A stretch of DNA of 59,422 nucleotides from Octopus bimaculoides. Taxonomy: Eukaryota. Location: contig NC_068988.1 of NCBI RefSeq assembly GCF_001194135.2, forward strand, positions 14,826,765 to 14,886,186. The letters are read 5' to 3'. Below the pieces are notes generated by a model, which saw nothing but the letters and a program-made list of their open reading frames with translations, was not told the DNA's origin and ran no database searches. This document shows positions 11,545 through 24,049 of this stretch, piece after piece (position 1 is the stretch's first letter; every line of letters starts with the position of its first letter). A program made the translations under genes and the position numbers.

Positions 11545-12030
11545 GATATATATATATTTTATATATAACAAATACAAAATGGGACAAGAACGCAAAACAT
11601 CCACACAGTTAGGTGATACAAAAAAAGGACAACAAAACATCCAGATAGACGATACAAAGAAAACAAGGACGAGTCATTCGGAGTTTTCTTTCCTCAGTCG
11701 AGTTCCAGATTATCTTTGCAATATCGGCTCGTTATACTCGAGATTGTTCCAATCTGGCCAGCCCCAAGGAAAAACTAAGAGCATTAGATTCCTTGGAAGA
11801 AAGCAGCAAATGTATACGAAAACAAGGATGAAAAAAAACAGAGAATGTTACACAAATACAAATAACAGGACATATTAAGGACGAATTATATTAAGCTGGT
11901 GTGTGTGGAAGTAAAGCCTTACGTCAGGGATACAAGATTTCACAGGTTCAGGGAGGAATATAGATGTTACATGGACAGCAGCCAAACCAGAAAAGAAAGG
12001 TCAGGCTTGGCTGAACACTGGTCATGTAGA
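11255..12030. repeat. Unclassified interspersed repeat, partly duplicated across a gap
   Basis: 11123-11413 is repeated at 11441-11733. Internal hairpins agattg/caatct and ccaaggaa/ttccttgg. No protein motif recognised. Confidence 0.5.
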
Positions 12031-12556
12031 GAGAGAAGAGAGAAAGGTAGAGGCAGAGGGACAGAAGAAATAAGGAGGGGAGAGAAAAAATGACAGGGAC
12101 ACAGTGAAGTGAAAAGAGGAGGGAAAGTGAGCATGAAGAGAAGGCAAGGAAATGTGAGAGAGGGGGAACAAAATAACGAAGAGTGGAATGAACGACGTAA
12201 GCGTGAAAAGGCTGATAGAAAGAAGAAAAGAAGGAAAGAATAGAGTCATACAAGATAAAAAAAAATATATAAATATATATGTATATATATANNNNNNNNN
12301 NNNNNNNNNNNNNNNNNNNNNNNNNNNNNNNNNNNNNNNNNNNNNNNNNNNNNNNNNNNNNNNNNNNNNNNNNNNNNNNNNNNNNNNNNNNNNNNNNNNN
12401 NNNNNNNNNNNNNNNNNNNNNNNNNNNNNNNNNNNNNNNNNNNNNNNNNNNNNNNNNNNNNNNNNNNNNNNNNNNNNNNNNNNNNNNNNNNNNNNNNNNN
12501 NNNNNNNNNNNNNNNNNNNNNNNNNNNNNNNNNNNNNNNNNNNNNNNNNNATATAC

Positions 12557-12720
12557 AGGAAAATGAAAAAAAGCCAGAATGCTGAACTGGAAGCATATTT
12601 AAATAAAGATTCATTCTCCTTCTTCTTGATAATTTGCTTCTTCGCAATGAAAACCGGTTAGAAAAAATCTTTATTTAAATATGCTTCCAGTTCAGCATTC
12701 TGGCTTTTTTTCATTTTCCT
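12557..12720. repeat. Perfect 55-bp inverted repeat with 54-nt spacer
   Basis: 12557-12611 is the exact reverse complement of 12666-12720. Confidence 0.95.
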
Positions 12721-12786
12721 ATTATTTCTCCACGTGCGGTTAACACAACCCCACTATTTACTGACTTATATATATACATATATATA

Positions 12787-12980
12787 TTATGGAGATGTAC
12801 TTGCATAGCAAGTGACCTGATCGTGTGCTGGAATGAAAACAATTGCAGTGTGGAAGGTGTTTATAAGCCATTTAAGAAACACACAAAAACCGTGAGATTT
12901 ACTTCAAAATTTAAATTTAATTTGCCAAAATATTTTTGTCGCTTTGAGACCACAACCTGTTCACTGACAAAATTCCGTGC
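12787..12980 (-). mobile_element. Putative Penelope pLTR-like fragment with decayed hammerhead
   Basis: Begins at a (TA)n and contains the hammerhead-like motif at 12921-12971. Confidence 0.4.
12921..12971 (-). ncRNA. Decayed hammerhead-like motif, G3-C8 core, G12 replaced by A
   Basis: - strand: TTTGTCA GTGAACA G GTTGT-GGTCTCAAA-GCGAC AAAA ATAT TT TGGCAAA. 7-bp stem I, 5-bp stem II and palindromic AAATATTT stem III. Confidence 0.45.
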
Positions 12981-12984
12981 TCAC

Positions 12985-13760
12985 CTATATTGTCATCTAA
13001 ATTACGCAAAAATTAAAATAACACTGACATCTCATGTTAACAGATATATTTATCAAAATTACATAAAAATATATCTTGAAATACTAAAGAGTAAATTTAT
13101 TCAATAAAATTGCCATTGGCTTCAACCACGGCCTCCTGACGACTTCGGAATCTCCTGCAACTCTTCTTGACAGTCTCCTCATTTAAGCTGATGAATGCTG
13201 CCATAATCCTTGCCTTCAGTTCATCTTTAGTGTTACAAGGAGTTTTGTTAGTCTCTTGCTCAACTGCACCCCACACATAATAATCAAGGGGATTGCAGTC
13301 TGGGGAGCTAGGTGGCCAGATGCTAGAAGTGATGTGGTCACACACATTGTCTGACAGCCATGACTGGGTTCTCCTGTTTGTGTGGCATGGTGCAGAGTCC
13401 TGTTGCCAGACACAGGGTCTTCCAGCAGCCCCCTCTTGACCCAGGGCAGCACTACCTCCACCAGGCACTTGATGTGGGCCTCCATGTTAAGTCTTAGGCC
13501 ATGCAGGAAGATGAATGGAGACATAATGTCACCATCACTATTGATCACTCCAAACACCATAACATTGATTGGATGTTTGATTTTTATCACTCTCGGTACA
13601 TGTCCTCAGCTTGGAACCTAAACACTCTGAAATGTTCATATTGGAGCTTCTAACATGAATGCCAAGCAGTACAGCATGTTGCTTCCAAATTACTGGCAGA
13701 GTGAATAGCATCATGGTGTTGTTTTTCTCACAGACAGTGCCTAACTGACCCTACTATACT
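12985..13760 (-). mobile_element. Internally deleted Tc1/mariner transposon, DD37D (maT) type
   Basis: QQDSAPCH...WPPSSPDCNPLDYYVWGAVE has 37 residues between the second and third Asp. Upstream frame KHPINVMVFGVINSDG; frameshift near 13435. N-terminal MMLFTLPVIWKQHAVLLGI at 13714 joins the catalytic region directly. Confidence 0.88.
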
Positions 13761-13769
13761 GTCATCATC

Positions 13770-13996
13770 ATCATCATCATCATCGTTTAACATCCGCTTT
13801 CCATGCTAGCATGGGTTGGACGATTTGACTGAGGACTGGTGAAACCGGATGGCAACACCAGGCTCCAGTCCGATTTGGCAGAGTTTCTACAGCTGGATGC
13901 CCTTCCTAACGCCAACCACTCAGAGAATGTAGTGGGTGCTTTTACGTGTCACCCGCACGAAAACGGCCACGCTCGAAATGGTGTCTTTTATGTGCC
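13770..13996 (-). mobile_element. Family D retroposon 3' end
   Basis: Near-identical to 42165-42400 in the opposite orientation; runs into a gap. Confidence 0.85.
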
Positions 13997-15139
13997 NNNN
14001 NNNNNNNNNNNNNNNNNNNNNNNNNNNNNNNNNNNNNNNNNNNNNNNNNNNNNNNNNNNNNNNNNNNNNNNNNNNNNNNNNNNNNNNNNNNNNNNNNNNN
14101 NNNNNNNNNNNNNNNNNNNNNNNNNNNNNNNNNNNNNNNNNNNNNNNNNNNNNNNNNNNNNNNNNNNNNNNNNNNNNNNNNNNNNNNNNNNNNNNNNNNN
14201 NNNNNNNNNNNNNNNNNNNNNNNNNNNNNNNNNNNNNNNNNNNNNNNNNNNNNNNNNNNNNNNNNNNNNNNNNNNNNNNNNNNNNNNNNNNNNNNNNNNN
14301 NNNNNNNNNNNNNNNNNNNNNNNNNNNNNNNNNNNNNNNNNNNNNNNNNNNNNNNNNNNNNNNNNNNNNNNNNNNNNNNNNNNNNNNNNNNNNNNNNNNN
14401 NNNNNNNNNNNNNNNNNNNNNNNNNNNNNNNNNNNNNNNNNNNNNNNNNNNNNNNNNNNNNNNNNNNNNNNNNNNNNNNNNNNNNNNNNNNNNNNNNNNN
14501 NNNNNNNNNNNNNNNNNNNNNNNNNNNNNNNNNNNNNNNNNNNNNNNNNNNNNNNNNNNNNNNNNNNNNNNNNNNNNNNNNNNNNNNNNNNNNNNNNNNN
14601 NNNNNNNNNNNNNNNNNNNNNNNNNNNNNNNNNNNNNNNNNNNNNNNNNNNNNNNNNNNNNNNNNNNNNNNNNNNNNNNNNNNNNNNNNNNNNNNNNNNN
14701 NNNNNNNNNNNNNNNNNNNNNNNNNNNNNNNNNNNNNNNNNNNNNNNNNNNNNNNNNNNNNNNNNTATATATATATATGTATATATGTGTGAGAGGTGTA
14801 TGTATGTATACATACAACGGCCTTTTTTCAGTTTCCGTCTACCAAATTCACTCACATTATTTTATTGGCCTTTCTTTGTGGCCTGGTATTTATATTATTC
14901 ATCTTCCTTGCCGAATCACTATGAAGACATAAACAAACCAACACCAGTTGTGAAGCAGTGGTGAGAGACAAAAACAAGCCCAAAGTTATACTCACTGCTT
15001 TGTGTGTGTGTGTGTGTGTGTGTGCGTGCACGTGCGTGTAATGGGCTTCTTTCAGTTTCTGTCTAGTAAATCCACTGACAAGGTTGTGGTTGGTCCAAAG
15101 TACCATGCACTGGGACTACACACGCATACACATATACAG

Positions 15140-15177
<38 letters not shown>

Positions 15178-15187
15178 NNNNNNNNNN

Positions 15188-15228
<41 letters not shown>

Positions 15229-15330
15229 ATATAAGCACTTGTGTGTGTGTGTTTGAGGTCATGTAAACAAGAGGGAGTTTTGTCAAACCTACAACCTAAT
15301 GATAATATAATAATTGTGTGACTTTCTTAC

Positions 15331-15366
15331 CTTAAAAGGGGACAACGATACATCTTGTGTAGGTTC
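15331..15366 (-). CDS. 36-nt internal exon (EPTQDVSLSPFK) of an unidentified gene
   Basis: Acceptor tttatcttttacag|G and donor AAG|gtaaga. Phase 0/0, in frame with the exon at 15471-15554 across a 104-nt intron. Confidence 0.7.
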
Positions 15367-15470
15367 CTGTAAAAGATAAACAGATACCTACAAGTAATTA
15401 AGGTGAAATAACAGTTTTTAAGTTGAAGTAAAAGGTGAGAACATCATCAAAAGGACTTGGAATAACTTAC

Positions 15471-15554
15471 CTTTTCCTTGTAAGGTGACATACTTTTAAG
15501 GGTATCCATCACTCTTGTCACTACGTTATCTTGTTCAGGGAAAATGTAAGACAT
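15471..15554 (-). CDS. Putative first coding exon (MSYIFPEQDNVVTRVMDTLKSMSPYKEK) of an unidentified gene
   Basis: ATG in an acaATG context after an A-rich leader, open frame to donor AAG|gtaagt, phase 0. Confidence 0.65.
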
Positions 15555-17047
15555 TGTTCTTTTGTTTGTTTGTGTCTTGTTTTTGGTTTTTGTTGGGTTT
15601 TGTTTTTTTTTGTTTTAAGGATTTTTTTTGGTATTTTTAACAATAGTAATCACTAGTAATCACTTCACTGGAAACTTCTGGAAGTTTTTTTTTTTGTATA
15701 ATTTTTAATTATTTTTTTTTTTATGTGTGTGTTCTAGAAATGTTCATGATCTGATTGATTTTTCTAGGTTTTTTTTTTCCTAATGAGGAATTTATCTTGA
15801 AATTTTCTTTCTTCAAATTGTTATAGTGCATGAGAGAGAGGGAGAGAGAGAGAGAAGGGAGGAAAAAGAGAGAGAAAGATATGTATATGTATATATTNNN
15901 NNNNNNNNNNNNNNNNNNNNNNNNNNNNNNNNNNNNNNNNNNNNNNNNNNNNNNNNNNNNNNNNNNNNNNNNNNNNNNNNNNNNNNNNNNNNNNNNNNNN
16001 NNNNNNNNNNNNNNNNNNNNNNNNNNNNNNNNNNNNNNNNNNNNNNNNNNNNNNNNNNNNNNNNNNNNNNNNNNNNNNNNNNNNNNNNNNNNNNNNNNNN
16101 NNNNNNNNNNNNNNNNNNNNNNNNNNNNNNNNNNNNNNNNNNNNNNNNNNNNNNNNNNNNNNNNNNNNNNNNNNNNNNNNNNNNNNNNNNNNNNNNNNNN
16201 NNNNNNNNNNNNNNNNNNNNNNNNNNNNNNNNNNNNNNNNNNNNNNNNNNNNNNNNNNNNNNNNNNNNNNNNNNNNNNNNNNNNNNNNNNNNNNNNNNNN
16301 NNNNNNNNNNNNNNNNNNNNNNNNNNNNNNNNNNNNNNNNNNNNNNNNNNNNNNNNNNNNNNNNNNNNNNNNNNNNNNNNNNNNNNNNNNNNNNNNNNNN
16401 NNNNNNNNNNNNNNNNNNNNNNNNNNNNNNNNNNNNNNNNNNNNNNNNNNNNNNNNNNNNNNNNNNNNNNNNNNNNNNNNNNNNNNNNNNNNNNNNNNNN
16501 GAATGTATGTATGAATGTGTGTGTATGTATGTATGTATGTTGGTAGGTAGGTATATGTGTATGTATAAATAATACTAACAACAATGATCTTATTGTTCAC
16601 AGTGCTCAGGTGCACTTGTTTCCGCAAGATACATAACAGTGTTTAAGTAATATACACTCATACTTGTTGAGATATATGAATTTATATATGTATATAGATG
16701 CATGTATGTACATATATATATATGTGTATATATATAGATATATATGTATGTGTGTGTTTGTATATGAACATATGTATGTATGTATGTATGTATGTGTGTA
16801 TGTATGTGTGTATGTGTGTGTGTGTAAGTGTGTATGTGTCTGTATGTGTATCACTATTTAAAAGCCTGCACCGAGCAAAGACATGTGTTTAAAGTATTTC
16901 TGTGTCAACAAAGTCGACAGGCTTTGATAATATATCTATTGAATAACAAATTTGCTTTTCACAATTCACAGCTAATTAAAGTAATGAAGATGTGTAACAA
17001 TATTAATGCTGCTGCCACTGTTACTACTACCACTACCACCGCAGCTA

Positions 17048-17086
<39 letters not shown>

Positions 17087-17594
17087 GTCGTTGCCATAAT
17101 TATTATTATCATTATTATAATTATGATTCCTGAGCTATCATCATCATCATCGTTATCATTAATATCACCACCACCATCATCAGTATCAGCATCATCATCA
17201 CCACTACTCCCCACCACCACCGCCGCTACCATAAGTAGCAGCAGCACCACCACCACNNNNNNNNNNTATATATATATATATACACACATACACACACATA
17301 TATATATGTTTAAATGTATATGTATGTGTGATATATATATGTGTGCCTGTTTAGTATAACTTTCTGTTATGGTGTATATAAATATATACATAGATGTGTT
17401 TCGTGGAAAGAGGTTGTACATGGAGTTTTATACATCTTTGCATTCCTGTAGTTGTCAATTTATACACTCACATATTTAAGTATGTACACATGCATGCACA
17501 CACACACACTTAGACACACAGACACATTTAAACACACAATCATCTATATTTATACACATTCTTTTAAAATGCAACACACTTCAATCACTTCCTA

Positions 17595-17611
17595 TATATA
17601 TAGATAGATAA

Positions 17612-17679
<68 letters not shown>

Positions 17680-17720
17680 GTAGATAGGTAGATAGATAGA
17701 TTGATAGATAGACAAATAGA
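17595..17720. repeat. (GATA)n microsatellite
   Basis: Directly visible. Confidence 0.95.
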
Positions 17721-18628
17721 TATGCGTATGATTGAATGTATGTATGAATGTGTGTGTATGTATGTATGTATGTTGGTAGGTAGGTATATGTGTATGTATA
17801 AATAATACTAACAACAATGATCTTATTGTTCACAGTGCTCAGGTGCACTTGTTTCCGCANNNNNNNNNNNNNNNNNNNNNNNNNNNNNNNNNNNNNNNNN
17901 NNNNNNNNNNNNNNNNNNNNNNNNNNNNNNNNNNNNNNNNNNNNNNNNNNNNNNNNNNNNNNNNNNNNNNNNNNNNNNNNNNNNNNNNNNNNNNNNNNNN
18001 NNNNNNNNNNNNNNNNNNNNNNNNNNNNNNNNNNNNNNNNNNNNNNNNNNNNNNNNNNNNNNNNNNNNNNNNNNNNNNNNNNNNNNNNNNNNNNNNNNNN
18101 NNNNNNNNNNNNNNNNNNNNNNNNNNNNNNNNNNNNNNNNNNNNNNNNNNNNNNNNNNNNNNNNNNNNNNNNNNNNNNNNNNNNNNNNNNNNNNNNNNNN
18201 NNNNNNNNNNNNNNNNNNNNNNNNNNNNNNNNNNNNNNNNNNNNNNNNNNNNNNNNNNNNNNNNNNNNNNNNNNNNNNNNNNNNNNNNNNNNNNNNNNNN
18301 NNNNNNNNNNNNNNNNNNNNNNNNNNNNNNNNNNNNNNNNNNNNNNNNNNNNNNNNNNNNNNNNNNNNNNNNNNNNNNNNNNNNNNNNNNNNNNNNNNNN
18401 NNNNNNNNNNNNNNNNNNNNNNNNNNNNNNNNNNNNNNNNNNNNNNNNNNNNNNNNNNNNNNNNNNNNNNNNNNNNNNNNNNNNNNNNNNNNNNNNNNNN
18501 NNNNNNNNNNNNNNNNNNNNNNNNNNNNNNNNNNNNNNNNNNNNNNNNNNNNNNNNNNNNNNNNNNNNNNNNNNNNNNNNNNNNNNNNNNNNNNNNNNNN
18601 NNNNNNNNNNNNNNNNNNNACCACCGCC

Positions 18629-18662
<34 letters not shown>

Positions 18663-19079
18663 TCATCACCATCACAGTCTATATTGCCACCGGTGATGTC
18701 AGAATACACTGCCTTCATCCTCATCCACCTCCCCATTCTCCCCCTCCTCTTTTCCACCACCTCTCTTTCTCCTAAATTGATTAGATCATTGATCTGTTTG
18801 TGGCATCCGTTCTCGTCTTTCTCTTCTCCCCCCCTCGCTCTCGCTCCACCCTGCCTCACTGTACTTCAAACTTTACTCTTTGCCGTCCTCTACTCCTCCC
18901 AATGCAACTACCACCTCAGCCACCACCACAGCCACCACTGTGCCACCACCTGTACCGCCATTATCTCTCCGCTCACCTTCCTCCATAACCAGTCACTGTA
19001 ACATCTGTTTCATCACCTCATCTAAATCCCCAAGATAAACACCATCATCACCGCCACACCATCGGCACTTCCCCATAAT

Positions 19080-19237
19080 CCAATCACATCGGGAACATCA
19101 TCATCATCATCATTGTCGACATCGCAATGATCATCATTATCAGTCTCATCATCGTCATCATAATCATCATCATCAACATAAACATCATCATCATTATTAT
19201 CGTCATCATCACGACCACCAGTACCAGCATAGATATT

Positions 19238-19275
<38 letters not shown>

Positions 19276-19511
19276 TATCATCATCATCATCATCATCTTC
19301 ATTGTCGTCGTCATCATTATTGTCATTGTCGTCTCAGTCATCATCTTCAATATGACTCACCATCATCACCGTCATCATCATCATCATCATCATCATCATC
19401 TCCTCCACCATTATCATCTTGATTGTCTGCATCTTCCTCACCACCAACACCATCACCACCATCACCACCACTATCAATATCATCATCACCATCGCCATCA
19501 TCACCACCATC

Positions 19512-19583
<72 letters not shown>
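19080..19583. repeat. (CAT)n/(CAC)n degenerate microsatellite
   Basis: Directly visible; source of the poly-I/H/S/M/D ORFs. Confidence 0.95.
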
Positions 19584-20452
19584 NNNNNNNNNNNNNNNNN
19601 NNNNNNNNNNNNNNNNNNNNNNNNNNNNNNNNNNNNNNNNNNNNNNNNNNNNNNNNNNNNNNNNNNNNNNNNNNNNNNNNNNNNNNNNNNNNNNNNNNNN
19701 NNNNNNNNNNNNNNNNNNNNNNNNNNNNNNNNNNNNNNNNNNNNNNNNNNNNNNNNNNNNNNNNNNNNNNNNNNNNNNNNNNNNNNNNNNNNNNNNNNNN
19801 NNNNNNNNNNNNNNNNNNNNNNNNNNNNNNNNNNNNNNNNNNNNNNNNNNNNNNNNNNNNNNNNNNNNNNNNNNNNNNNNNNNNNNNNNNNNNNNNNNNN
19901 NNNNNNNNNNNNNNNNNNNNNNNNNNNNNNNNNNNNNNNNNNNNNNNNNNNNNNNNNNNNNNNNNNNNNNNNNNNNNNNNNNNNNNNNNNNNNNNNNNNN
20001 NNNNNNNNNNNNNNNNNNNNNNNNNNNNNNNNNNNNNNNNNNNNNNNNNNNNNNNNNNNNNNNNNNNNNNNNNNNNNNNNNNNNNNNNNNNNNNNNNNNN
20101 NNNNNNNNNNNNNNNNNNNNNNNNNNNNNNNNNNNNNNNNNNNNNNNNNNNNNNNNNNNNNNNNNNNNNNNNNNNNNNNNNNNNNNNNNNNNNNNNNNNN
20201 NNNNNNNNNNNNNNNNNNNNNNNNNNNNNNNNNNNNNNNNNNNNNNNNNNNNNNNNNNNNNNNNNNNNNNNNNNNNNNNNNNNNNNNNNNNNNNNNNNNN
20301 NNNNNNNNNNNNNNNNNNNNNNNNNNNNNNNNNNNNNNNNNNNNNNNNNNNNNNNNNNNNNNNNNNNNNNNNNNNNNNNNNNNNNNNNNNNNNNNNNNNN
20401 NNNNNNNNNNNNNNNNNNNNNNNNNNNNNNNNNNNNNNNNNNNNNNNNNNNN

Positions 20453-20508
<56 letters not shown>

Positions 20509-20788
20509 CATATATACACACACATATATATACATGTATATATTTTGCATATATATGTGTATGCATGTGTGTATGTATGTGTGTGTGTGCTTGCTAGTGT
20601 GTATGTGTGAACGTATAGCTTCTTCTCTTTTAATTTTTTTCCTTCTTTCCTTTCATTGGATGAAGATTTTAGGTCAGAAACATTAAAACATTATCGTTTC
20701 CATTTCTCTGAGCATGAAACGAATAAAAATAACCAAAACTTTATTGTATTTTGTCTTGTTTTTCATATTGTCATTTTCATTATCTATC

Positions 20789-20852
<64 letters not shown>

Positions 20853-21349
20853 CATATACATGTATGTGTGTGTACGTATATATATGTATGTATATATATA
20901 TATATATATGTGGTCATCATTTTAACGTACACTTTCATATCCTTGAACTGGTAGAGGAAATTCCATGAAGCAGATGCCTTCCCTGTCACCAACACTCACA
21001 TGTTTCCAATTAAGGTAATATTTCCCCATCTCCAGACATGTTTTCCCCAGAAGATTAGAGATGGAGGAAGGATACCGTTTGTATGACGGTGACACTTGTT
21101 TACAGCTATCATGCACTATCAAGACAAAGAGATACTAACAGACACACACTCATTTGCGTACATATATCATTGTCATTATTACTTAACATCCGTTTTCCAT
21201 GCTGGCATGGGTTGTATGGTCTGACAAGAGCTGGCAAGGTTACGCTCCACACCAGACTCCATTGTCTGATATGTGTGTGTATGTGTGTGTGTGTGCATGT
21301 ATGTATGTATGTATACATAAGCATATATATATATATATATATATATATA

Positions 21350-21510
21350 AACGACAGGCTTGTTTCAGTTTCCCTCTACCAAATCCACTCAAAATGCTTT
21401 GGTCGGCCCGAGGCTATAGTAGAAGACACTTGCCCAAGGTGCCACGCAGTGGGAATGAACCTGGAACCATGTGGTTGGTAAGCAAGCTACTTACCACACA
21501 GCCACTCCTA
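21350..21510 (-). mobile_element. Family A SINE, 5' half
   Basis: Matches the head of the full copies. Confidence 0.8.
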
Positions 21511-21523
21511 CACCTGGAGATGG

Positions 21524-21560
<37 letters not shown>

Positions 21561-21636
21561 AGCAGACAGGTAGGCAGGCAGGCAGACAGGCAGGCAGGCA
21601 GACAGACAGACAGATAGATAGATAGACAGATAGAAT

Positions 21637-21682
<46 letters not shown>

Positions 21683-21815
21683 CAGACAGACAAAGAGAGN
21701 NNNNNNNNNNNNNNNNNNNNNNNNNNNNNNNNNNNNNNNNNNNNNNNNNNNNNNNNNNNNNNNNNNNNNNNNNNNNNNNNNNNNNNNNNNNNNNNNNTAG
21801 ATAGACAGATAGAAT

Positions 21816-21873
<58 letters not shown>

Positions 21874-23188
21874 CAGACAGACAAAGAGAGAGAGAAAGAG
21901 CAAGAGAGTCAAACTGACAAACAGACACAACACACAGATACACATACACTGACGCATAGTGTTATGCATGTATGAATTACGTGTGTGCATACATGCTTGT
22001 GTGTGTATGTGTGTCTGTAAATACATTTGGATATGTGTTTGCATGTATATGTGTGTATCTGTGTGTATGTTGCACATATATGTATGTATGTGTGTTGTAT
22101 GTGAATATATATATATATCTGTAAGAAAATGTGTACCCGTTCACATTTACCAAACAAATAGCTTTTAATAATCCTAACCAACACTGTAATCCAACAAAAC
22201 AGATTAATAATCATAAATGTGATGAATGTGTGCATGCATTTTATATATATGTGTCTGTGTATATATATATGTGTGTGTGTTTGTATTATGTATGTGTGCA
22301 TATTTATATATGTATATATGCACATGTAGATTCTTGTAACTCACTAACTCTTGTCTATGACTCTTCTCTATGTAATTACACTACATACAGAATTAGATTT
22401 TGATCATTTTCTTTAATTATTGATTAATTTTGTTCCTTATCTTATCACAGGTAGACATAAATGAAATGTGGTGTTGAGTGAAAGATAATGATCCAGCTTA
22501 CTAATCAGGCAATCTGGTTTCAGTTCCCAGTTGTACCTCCTTAACATGAGTTAAATGTCACTGGAAAGGATATAAATTGTTATATATCTATTGAAAATAT
22601 ATAGACATCACAAAGTGAATATACATCCCTCATGTCGTGTATACATATATATGCTGTATTCAATGCTATCATAGTCAAAGTGCATATAGTACAGAACATT
22701 AATTTACAACTGCATGTCCTTCCTGTTTGTTCATAAGTTACTTAGTTATATCATCTTACATATATTTCATTAACAATCAAAAATATCAGTTATGTAAGGA
22801 AGACAATACAAGCAAGCTACACTGTCAAATCTTCAGAGATTGTATAAGGCTCATTAGTAACATTTAAAATTTATACTAAACTGCAGATATTATGACTGTT
22901 TCAATTGCCGTAATAGCTAGTGGAGCAGAATTGGCAACATGAAATCCATTGGGGCACAGAAAATCTGCCTCAAAAACATTCCACCTGAGCTACACAAGTG
23001 TGAAGAAATGGACATTAAAACAGTAATGATGTAGTATGACCATGTGGTTAAGAAGCTTGCTTCACAACCACATGGTTTGGGGTTCAGTCCCACTGCAAAG
23101 CACCTTGGGCAAGTGTCTTCTGCAATAGCCATGAGCCAACCAATGCCATGTGAGTGAATTTGGTAGATGGAAATGGTGTGGAAGCCCA

Positions 23189-23226
<38 letters not shown>

Positions 23227-23339
23227 ATGCATGTTTTCTCCTGTAATAAACATGCTTGCATTAGCTGAAGAAAAGTAACAAGTATCGAATAAGTCAACAA
23301 GAAACTAAGAGTTCTGAATGTAAGTGTTCTATGCCCATG

Positions 23340-23635
23340 TTATCATCATCATCGTTTAACGTCCGCTTCCCATGCTGGCATGGGTTGGACGATTTGACTG
23401 AGGACTGGTGAACCAGATGGTTACACCAGGCTCCAATCTGATTTGGCAGAGTTTCTACAGCTGGATGCCCTTCCTAACGCCAACCACTCCGAGAGTGTAG
23501 TGGGTGCTTTTACATGCCACTGGCACGAAGGCCAGTCAGGCGGTACTGGCAACAACCACGCTCAAAATGGTGTATTTTACGTGCCACCCGCACAGGAGCC
23601 AGTCCAGCGGCACTGGCAACGATCTCGCTCGAATG
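23340..23635 (-). mobile_element. Family D retroposon 3' end
   Basis: Matches 34705-34995 and 6222-6830. Confidence 0.85.
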
Positions 23636-23967
23636 TTTAATAAATATGCATGTATGTATGTGTGTGTGTGTGTGTTTATGTTTGTCCTTTCCACTATGAG
23701 CACCACCACTGCTGACCAACTGGTGACACTTTGTTTATGTCTCCTTAACTTAGCAGACAACAAAATAGTTCAATAGACTAAGTAATGGACATAAAAAGAA
23801 TATATATATATATATGTAATCAGGTCAAATTTTTCGACTAAAACTCTTCAACCTGGTGCCCCAGCATGGCCGCAGTTCAGCAGCTGAAGCAAGTAAAAGA
23901 TAAAAGATATAAATTACACACTGTATTTTAAAAAATACTTCTTAATCTTCTCCACCGTTAACTATAC

Positions 23968-24049
23968 CTTCGTTAACTTTCTCTTTGTCACCCGAAGCCA
24001 CAATCAATAAGAAAAGACCAGAAATTAGAATACAACTCATTAACAACAT
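23968..24049 (-). CDS. Putative signal-peptide coding exon (MLLMSCILISGLFLLIVASG-DKEKVNE); exon 23968-24072
   Basis: Branch-like ctaac at 24094-24098, acceptor cattttag| at 24073-24074, ATG at 24049. Hydrophobic stretch ends in A-S-G; phase-1 donor AAG|gtatag. Confidence 0.5.

Noticed and set aside
13824-13850. CTGAGGA-ctggt-GAAAC in family D copies, resembling a hammerhead core
   Set aside because: There is no stem II between core and GAAA, and no NUH site with a complementary stem I.
20657-20684. Possible decayed hammerhead (GGATGAAGATTTTAGGTCAGAAACATT)
   Set aside because: Core and stems are too degenerate to distinguish from chance.
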